Shown here in pieces: positions 54,801-64,000 of a stretch of 64,000 nt of DNA. Numbering within the stretch: the first letter of the stretch is position 1; every line of letters starts with the position of its first letter. The stretch spans positions 6,186 to 70,185 of the forward strand of contig JBHGNT010000134.1 in the NCBI GenBank assembly GCA_043228905.1, in the 5' to 3' direction. A model generated the notes under the pieces. It made no database searches, had not been told where the DNA came from, and worked only from the letters and a program-made list of their open reading frames with translations. The stretch is from Azolla caroliniana. Taxonomy: Eukaryota; Plantae; Polypodiophyta. A program made the translations under genes and the position numbers.

Positions 54801-57800
54801 CAGGTCGAGAGACATGACGAAATTACCACATTTGAGGAGGGAGTTCAGAGGAGCTCTTGAGTAAATTAAAATGTTCATACCTGGCGAGTGTGATATCGGA
54901 TTTTTGTTTTCAAACTTGCGAATCGAAGCTAACAACGCTAGCTATGATATGGAATTAAAAAATCAAGATTTTGAAACTCAAGTCGAGAGACATGACGAAA
55001 TTACCACATTTGAGGAGGGAGTTCAAAGGAGCCCTTGAGTAAATTAAAATGTTCATACCTGGCGAGTGTGATATCGGATTTTTGTGTTCAAACTTGCGAA
55101 TCGAAGCTAACAACGCTAGCTATGATATGGAATTAAACATTCAAGATTTTGAAACTCAGGTCGAGAGACATGACGAAATTACCACATTTGAGGAGGGAGT
55201 TCAAAGGATCCCTTGAGTAAAGGAAAATGTTCATACCTGGCGAGTGTGATATCGGATTTTTGTGTTCAAACTTGCGAATCGAAGCTAACAACGCTAGCTA
55301 TGATATGGAATTAAACATTCAAGATTTTGAAACTCAGGTCGAGAGACATGACGAAATTACCACATTTGAGGAGGGAGTTCAGAGGAGCTCTTGAGTAAAT
55401 TAAAATGTTCATACCTGGCGAGTGTGATATCGGATTTTTGTGTTCAAACATGTGAATCGAAGCTAACAACGCTAGCTATGATATGGAGTTAAAAAATCAA
55501 GATTTTGAAACTCAGGTCGAGAGACATGACGAAATTACCACATTTGAGGAGGGAGTTCAGAGGAGCTCTTGAGTAAATTAAAATTTTCATACCTGGCGAG
55601 TGTGATATCGGATTTTTGTGTTCAAACGTGCGAATCGAAGCTAACAACGTTAGCTATGATATGGAATTAAACATTCAAGATTTTGAAACTCAAGTCGAGA
55701 GACATGACGAAATTACCAAATTTTAGGAGGGAGTTCACAGGCGCTCTTGAGTAAATTAAAATGTTCATACCTAGCGAGTGTGATATCGGATTTTTGTGTT
55801 CAAACTTGCGAATCGAAGCTAACAACGCTAGCTATGATATGGAATTAAAAAATCAAGATTTTGAAACTAAGGTCGAGAGACATGACCAAATTACCAAATT
55901 TAAGGAATGAGTTGAGAAGAGCTAATAGGTAAATTAAAATGTTCATACCTTGCTCGTGTGATATCGGATTTTTGTGTTCAAACATGCGAATCGAAGCTAA
56001 CAACGCTAGCTATCATCTGGAATTAAAAAATCAAGATTTTGAAACTCAGGTCGAGAGACATGACGAAATTACCAAATTTGAGGAGGTTGTTTAGAGGAGC
56101 TAGTAGGTAAATTAAAATGTTCATACCTGGCTCGTGTGATATCGGATTTTTGTTTTCAAACTTGCGAATCGAAGCTAACAACGCAGGCTATGATATGGAA
56201 TTAAAAAATCAAGATTTTGAAACTCAGGTCGAGAGACATGACGAAATTACCACATTTGAGGAGGGAGTTCAAAGGAGCTCTTGAGTAAATTAAAATGTTC
56301 ATACCTGGCGAGTGTGATATCGGATTTTTGTGTTCAAACATGCGAATCGAAGCTAACAACGCTAGCTATGATATGGGATTAAAAAATCAAGATTTTGAAA
56401 CTCAGGTCGAGAGACATGACGAAATTACCACATTTGAGGAGGGAGTTCAGAGGAGCTCTTGAGTAAATTAAAATGTTCATACCTGGCGAGTGTGATATCG
56501 GATTTTTGTTTTCAAACTTGCGAATCGAAGCTAACAACGCTAGCTATGATATGGAATTAAAAAATCAAGATTTTGAAACTCAAGTCGAGAGACATGACGA
56601 AATTACCACATTTGAGGAGGGAGTTCAAAGGAGCCCTTGAGTAAATTAAAATGTTCATACCTGGCGAGTGTGATATCGGATTTTTGTGTTCAAACTTGCG
56701 AATCGAAGCTAACAACGCTAGCTATGATATGGAATTAAACATTCAAGATTTTGAAACTCAGGTCGAGAGACATGACGAAATTACCACATTTGAGGAGGGA
56801 GTTGAGAGGAGCCCTTGAGTAAATTAAAATGTTCATACCTGGCTCGTGTGATATCGGATTTTTGTGTTCAAACATGCGAATCGAAGCTAACAACGCTAGC
56901 TATCATCTGGAATTAAAAAATCAAGATTTTGAAACTCAGGTCGAGAGACATGACGAAATTACCAAATTTGAGGAGGTTGTTTAGAGGAGCTAGTAGGTAA
57001 ATTAAAATGTTCATACCTGGCTCGTGTGATATCGGATATTTGTTTTCAAACTTGCGAATCGAAGCTAACAACGCAGGCTATGATATGGAATTAAAAAATC
57101 AAGATTTTGAAACTCAGGTCGAGAGACATGACGAAATTACCACATTTGAGGAGGGAGTTCAAAGGATCCCTTGAGTAAAGGAAAATGTTCATACCTGGCG
57201 AGTGTGATATCGGATTTTTGTGTTCAAACTTGCGAATCGAAGCTAACAACGCTAGCTATGATATGGAATTAAACATTCAAGATTTTGAAACTCAGGTCGA
57301 GAGACATGACGAAATTACCACATTTGAGGAGGGAGTTCAGAGGAGCTCTTGAGTAAATTAAAATGTTCATACCTGGCGAGTGTGATATCGGATTTTTGTG
57401 TTCAAACATGTGAATCGAAGCTAACAACGCTAGCTATGATATGGAATTAAAAAATCAAGATTTTGAAATTCAGGTCGAGAGACATGACGAAATTACCACA
57501 TTTGAGGAGGGAGTTCAGAGGAGCTCTTGAGTAAATTAAAATGTTCATACCTGGCGAGTGTGATATCGGATTTTTGTGTTCAAACGTGCGAATCGAAGCT
57601 AACAACGTTAGCTATGATATGGAATTAAACATTCAAGATTTTGAAACTCAAGTCGAGAGACATGACGAAATTACCAAATTTTAGGAGGGAGTTCAGAGGC
57701 GCTCTTGAGTAAATTAAAATGTTCATACCTAGCGAGTGTGATATCGGATTTTTGTGTTCAAACTTGCGAATCGAAGCTAACAACGCTAGCTATGATATGG

Positions 57801-60800
57801 AATTAAAAAATCAAGATTTTGAAACTAAGGTCGAGAGACATGACCAAATTACCAAATTTAAGGAATGAGTTGAGAAGAGCTAATAGGTAAATTAAAATGT
57901 TCATACCTTGCTCGTGTGATATCGGATTTTTGTGTTCAAACATGCGAATCGAAGCTAACAACGCTAGCTATGATATGGAGTTAAAAAATCAAGATTTGGA
58001 AACTCAGGTCGAGAGACATGACGAAATTACCAAATTTGAGGAGGGAGTTGAGAGGAGCCCTTTAGTAAATTAAAATGTTCATACCTGGCGAGTGTGATAT
58101 CGGATTTTTGTGTTCCAACTTGCGAATCGAAGCTTACAACGCAGGCTATGATATGGAATTAAACATCCTAGATTTTGAAACTCAGGTCGAGAGACATGAC
58201 GAAATTACCACATTTGAGGAGGGAGTTCAAAGGAGCTCTTGAGTAAATTAAAATGTTCATACCTGGCGAGTGTGATATCGGATTTTTGTGTTCAAACATG
58301 CGAATCGAAGCTAACAACGCTAGCTATGATATGGGATTAAAAAATCAAGATTTTGAAACTCAGGTCGAGAGACATGACGAAATTACCACATTTGAGGAGG
58401 GAGTTGAGAGGAGCTCTTGAGTAAATTAAAATGTTCATACCTGGCGAGTGTGATATCGGATTTTTGTTTTCAAACTTGCGAATCGAAGCTAACAACGCTA
58501 GCTATGATATGGAATTAAAAAATCAAGATTTTGAAACTCAAGTCGAGAGACATGACGAAATTACCACATTTGAGGAGGGAGTTCAAAGGAGCCCTTGAGT
58601 AAATTAAAATGTTCATACCTGGCGAGTGTGATATCGGATTTTTGTGTTCAAACTTGCGAATCGAAGCTAACAACGCTAGCTATGATATGGAATTAAACAT
58701 TCAAGATTTTGAAACTCAGGTCGAGAGACATGACGAAATTACCACATTTGAGGAGGGAGTTCAAAGGATCCCTTGAGTAAAGGAAAATGTTCATACCTGG
58801 CGAGTGTGATATCGGATTTTTGTGTTCAAACTTGCGAATCGAAGCTAACAACGCTAGCTATGATATGGAATTAAACATTCAAGATTTTAAAACTCAGGTC
58901 GAAAGACATGACGAAATTACCAAATTTGAGGAATGAGTTGAGAAGAGCTAGTAGGTAAATTAAAATGTTCATACCTGGCTCGTGTGATATCGGATTTTTG
59001 TGTTCAAACTTGTGAATCGAAGCTAACAACGCTAGCTATGATATGGAATTAAAAAATCAAGTTTTTGAAATTTAGGTCGAGAGCCATGACGAAATTACCA
59101 CATTTGAGGAGGGAGTTCAGAGGAGCTCTTGAGTAAATTAAAATGTTCATACCTGGCGAGTGTGATATCGGATTTTTGTGTTCAAACATGTGAATCGAAG
59201 CTAACAACGCTAGCTATGATATGGAATTAAAAAATCAAGATTTTGAAACTCAGGTCGAGAGACATGACGAAATTACCACATTTGAGGAGGGAGTTCAGAG
59301 GAGCTCTTGAGTAAATTAAAATGTTCATACCTGGCGAGTGTGATATCGGATTTTTGTGTTCAAACGTGCGAATCGAAGCTAACAACGTTAGCTATGATAT
59401 GGAATTAAACATTCAAGATTTTGAAACTCAAGTCGAGAGACATGACGAAATTACCAAATTTTAGGAGGGAGTTCAGAGGCGCTCTTGAGTAAATTAAAAT
59501 GTTCATACCTAGCGAGTGTGATATCGGATTTTTGTGTTCAAACTTGCGAATCGAAGCTAACAACGCTAGCTATGATATGGAATTAAAAAATCAATATTTT
59601 GAAACTCAGGTCGAGAGACATGACGAAATCACCACATTTGAGGAGGGAGTTCAGAGGAGCTCTTGAGTAAATTAAAATGTTGATACCTGGCGAGTGTGAT
59701 ATCGGATTTTTGTTTTCAAACTTGCGAATCGAAGCTAACAACGCTAGCTATGATATGGAATTAAAAAATCAAGATTTTGAAACTCAAGTCGAGAGACATG
59801 ACGAAATTACCACATTTGAGGAGGGAGTTCAAAGGAGCCCTTGAGTAAATTAAAATGTTCATACCTGGCGAGTGTGATATCGGATTTTTGTGTTCAAACT
59901 TGCGAATCGAAGCTAACAACGCTAGCTATGATATGGAAAAAATCAAGATTTTAAAACTCAGGTCGAGAGACATGACGAAATTACCAAATTTGAGGAATGA
60001 GTTGAGAAGAGCTAGTAGGTAAATTAAAATGTTCATACCTGGCGAGTGTGATATCGGATTTTTGTGTTCAAACTTGCGAATCGAAGCTAACAACGCTAGC
60101 TATGATATGGAAATAAAAAATCAAGATTCTAAAACTCAGGTCGAGAGACATGACGAAATTACCAAATTTGAGGAATGAGTTGAGAAGAGCTAGTAGGTAA
60201 ATTGAAATGTTCATACCTGGCTCGTGTGATATCGGATTTTTGTGTTCAAACTTGCGAATCGAAGCTAACAACGCTAGCTATGATATGGAATTTAAAAAAT
60301 CAAGATTTTGAAACTCAGGTCGAGAGACATGACGAAATTACATAATTTGAGGAGGGAGTTCAAAGGAGCCCTTGAGTAAATTTAAATGTTCATACCTGGC
60401 GAGTGTGATATCGGATTTTTGTGTTCAAACTTGCGAATCGAAGCTAACAACGCTAGCTATGATATGGAATTAAAAAATCAAGATTTTAAAACTCAGGTCG
60501 AGAGACATGACGAAATTACCAAATTTGAGGAATGAGTTGAGAAGAGCTAGTAGGTAAATTAAAATGTTCATACCTGGCTCGTGTGATATCGGATTTTTGT
60601 GTTCAAACTTTCGAATCGAAGCTGACAACGCTAGCTATGATATGGAATTTAAAAAATCAAGATTTTGAAACTCAGGTCGAGAGACATGACGAAATTACCA
60701 CATTTGAGGAGGGAGTTCAAAGGAGCCCTTGAGTAAATTAAAATGGTCATACATGGCGAGTGTGATATCGGATTTTTGTGTTCAAACTTGCGAATCGAAG

Positions 60801-61240
60801 CTAACAACGCTAGCTATGATATGGAATTAAAAAATCAAGATTTTGAAACTCAAGTCGAGAGACATGACGAAATTACCACATTTGAGGAGGGAGTTCAAAG
60901 GAGCCCTTGAGTAAATTAAAATGTTCATACCTGGCGAGTGTGATATCGGATTTTTGTGTTCAAACTTGCGAATCGAAGCTAACAACGCTAGCTATGATAT
61001 GGAATTAAACATTCAAGATTTTGAAACTCAGGTCGAGAGACATGACGAAATTACCACATTTGAGGAGGGAGTTGAGAGGAGCCCTTGAGTAAATTAAAAT
61101 GTTCATACCTGGCTCGTGTGATATCGGATTTTTGTGTTCAAACGTGCGAATCGAAGCTAACAACGTTAGCTATGATAAGGAATTAAACATTCAAGATTTT
61201 GAAACTCATGTCGAGAGACATGACGAAATTACCAAATTTT

Positions 61241-63176
61241 AGGAGGGAGTTCAGAGGAGCTCTTGAGTAAATTAAAATGTTCATACCTAGCGAGTGTGAT
61301 ATCGGATTTTTGTGTTCAAACTTGCGAATCGAAGCTAACAACGCTAGCTATGATATGGAATTAAAAAATCAAGATTTTGAAACTAAGGTCGAGAGACATG
61401 ACCAAATTACCAAATTTAAGGAATGAGTTGAGAAGAGCTAGTAGGTAAATTAAAATGTTCATACCTGGCTCGTGTGATATCGGATTTTTGTGTTCAAACA
61501 TGCGAATCGAAGCTAACAACGCTAGCTATGATATGGAGTTAAAAAATCAAAATTTGGAAACTCAGGTCGAGAGACATGACGAAATTACCAAATTTGAGGA
61601 GGGAGTTGAGAGGAGCCCTTTAGTAAATTAAAATGTTCATACCTGGCGAGTGTGATATCGGATTTTTGTGTTCCAACTTGCGAATCGAAGCTAACAACGC
61701 AGGCTATGATATGGAATTAAACATCCTAGAGTTTGAAACTCAGGTCGAGAGACATGACGAAATTACCACATTTGAGGAGGGAGTTCAGAGGAGCTCTTGA
61801 GTAAATTAAAATGTTCATACCTGGCGAGTGTGATATCGGATTTTTGTTTTCAAACTTGCGAATCGAAGCTAACAACGCTAGCTATGATATGGAATTAAAA
61901 AATCAAGATTTTGAAACTCAAGTCGAGAGACATGACGAAATTACCACATTTGAGGAGGGAGTTCAAAGGAGCCCTTGAGTAAATTAAAATGTTCATACCT
62001 GGCGAGTGTGATATCGGATATTTGTTTTCAAACTTGCGAATCGAAGCTAACAACGCTAGCTATGATATCGGATTTTTGTGTTCCAACTTGCGAATCGAAG
62101 CTAACAACGCAGGCTATGATATGGAATTAAACATCCTAGAGTTTGAAACTCAGGTCGAGAGACATGACGAAATTACCACATTTGAGGAGGGAGTTCAGAG
62201 GAGCTCTTGAGTAAATTAAAATGTTCATACCTAGCGAGTGTGATATCGGATTTTTGTGTTCAAACTTGCGAATCGAAGCTAACAACGCTAGCTATGATAT
62301 GGAATTAAAAAATCAAGATTTTGAAACTAAGGTCGAGAGACATGACCAAATTACCAAATTTAAGGAATGAGTTGAGAAGAGCTAGTAGGTAAATTAAAAT
62401 GTTCATACCTGGCTCGTGTGATATCGGATTTTTGTGTTCAAACATGCGAATCGAAGCTAACAACGCTAGCTATGATATGGAGTTAAAAAATCAAAATTTG
62501 GAAACTCAGGTCGAGAGACATGACGAAATTACCAAATTTGAGGAGGGAGTTGAGAGGAGCCCTTTAGTAAATTAAAATGTTCATACCTGGCGAGTGTGAT
62601 ATCGGATTTTTGTGTTCCAACTTGCGAATCGAAGCTAACAACGCAGGCTATGATATGGAATTAAACATCCTAGAGTTTGAAACTCAGGTCGAGAGACATG
62701 ACGAAATTACCACATTTGAGGAGGGAGTTCAGAGGAGCTCTTGAGTAAATTAAAATGTTCATACCTGGCGAGTGTGATATCGGATTTTTGTTTTCAAACT
62801 TGCGAATCGAAGCTAACAACGCTAGCTATGATATGGAATTAAAAAATCAAGATTTTGAAACTCAAGTCGAGAGACATGACGAAATTACCACATTTGAGGA
62901 GGGAGTTCAAAGGAGCCCTTGAGTAAATTAAAATGTTCATACCTGGCGAGTGTGATATCGGATATTTGTTTTCAAACTTGCGAATCGAAGCTAACAACGC
63001 TAGCTATGATATCGGATTTTTGTGTTCCAACTTGCGAATCGAAGCTAACAACGCAGGCTATGATATGGAATTAAACATCCTAGAGTTTGAAACTCAGGTC
63101 GAGAGACATGACGAAATTACCACATTTGAGGAGGGAGTTCAGAGGAGCTCTTGAGTAAATTAAAATGTTCATACCT
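61241..63176 (+). repeat. Tandem duplication, 944-bp unit (5 monomers + 54 bp) x2
   Basis: 61277 matches 62221. The junction tatgatatcgg has its tgatat at 62063 and 63007. Private variant tcaaaatttgg is at about 61547 and 62491. Identical spurious ORFs are at 61989 and 62933. Confidence 0.92.
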
Positions 63177-64000
63177 GGCGAGTGTGATATCGGATTTTTG
63201 TGTTCAAACATGCGAATCGAAGCTAACAACGCTAGCTATGATATGGAATTAAAAAATCAAGATTTTGAAACTCAGGTCGAGAGACATGACGAAATTACCA
63301 CATTTGAGGAGGGAGTTGAGAGGAGCTCTTGAGTAAATTAAAATGTTCATACCTGGCGAGTGTGATATCGGATTTTTGTTTTCAAACTTGTGAATCGAAG
63401 CTAACAACGCAGGCTATGATATGGAATTAAAAAATCAAGATTTTGAAACTCAGGTCGAGAGACATGACGAAATTACCACATTTGAGGAGGGAGTTCAAAG
63501 GAGCCCTTGAGTAAAGGAAAATGTTCATACCTGGCGAGTGTGATATCGGATTTTTGTGTTCAAACATGCGAATCGAAGCTAACAACGCTAGCTATGATAT
63601 GGAATTAAACATTCAAGATTTTGAAACTCAGGTCGAGAGACATGACGAAATTACCACATTTGAGGAGGGAGTTCAGAGGAGGTCTTGAGTAAATTAAAAT
63701 GTTCATACCTGGCGAGTGTGATATCGGATTTTTGTGTTCAAACATGCGAATCGAAGCTAACAACGCTAGCTATGATATGGAATTAAAAAATCAAGATTTT
63801 GAAACTCAGGTCGAGAGACATGACGAAATTACCACATTTGAGGAGGGAGTTGAGAGGAGCTCTTGAGTAAATTAAAATGTTCATACCTGGCGAGTGTGAT
63901 ATCGGATTTTTGTTTTCAAACTTGTGAATCGAAGCTAACAACGCAGGCTATGATATGGAATTAAAAAATCAAGATTTTGAAACTCAGGTCGAGAGACATG

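Larger units (their letters stand above)
1..64000 (+). repeat. Tandem satellite array, 178-bp monomer, about 360 head-to-tail copies (centromeric/heterochromatic-type satellite, family not identified)
   Basis: GTGATATC recurs at 1, 179, 357 and so on to the end. Consensus read by eye: gtgatatcggatttttgtgttcaaacatgcgaatcgaagctaacaacgctagctatgatatggaattaaaaaatcaagattttgaaactcaggtcgagagacatgacgaaattaccacatttgaggagggagttcagaggagctcttgagtaaattaaaatgttcatacctggcgagt (178 nt). I saw no inversion or foreign insertion. The array runs off both ends of the window. A centromeric role is inference from monomer length and homogeneity only. Confidence 0.98.

Noticed and set aside
2913-63154. All 17 supplied ORFs (61-111 aa)
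   Set aside because: They are translations of the satellite monomer, opened where a SNP or indel removes a TAA/TGA stop. They are internally repetitive, resemble no protein family I recognise and have no gene context. They are useful only as duplication markers.
1-64000. CRISPR-like or other repeat-spacer or coded-cassette array
   Set aside because: There are no unique spacers. The variable segment has only a few related alleles inherited in blocks, and no cas, recombinase or reverse transcriptase gene is present.

Overview
The whole 64-kb window is one uninterrupted head-to-tail tandem satellite array of a 178-bp monomer (about 360 copies, all on the same strand, consensus about 38% GC). 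It looks like eukaryotic centromeric or heterochromatic satellite DNA. I do not recognise the family or species, and it is not Arabidopsis CEN178 despite the same length. I found no genes, RNA genes, transposons or CRISPR; all supplied ORFs are read-throughs of the monomer. The informative structure is in the variant pattern. There are two main monomer classes and a recurring 6-monomer cassette. Nested whole-monomer duplications occur at several scales (1-, 2-, 3-, 10-, 24-, 46- and 73-monomer offsets). Two out-of-register junctions (35-bp and 54-bp extra segments) were each later duplicated. There is also an in-register conversion-like patch, a hairpin-perfecting variant and a switch of variant set near 33.76 kb. 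I found no evidence for a novel protein-coding system. All alignments were done by eye, so block boundaries are approximate to within tens of bases.
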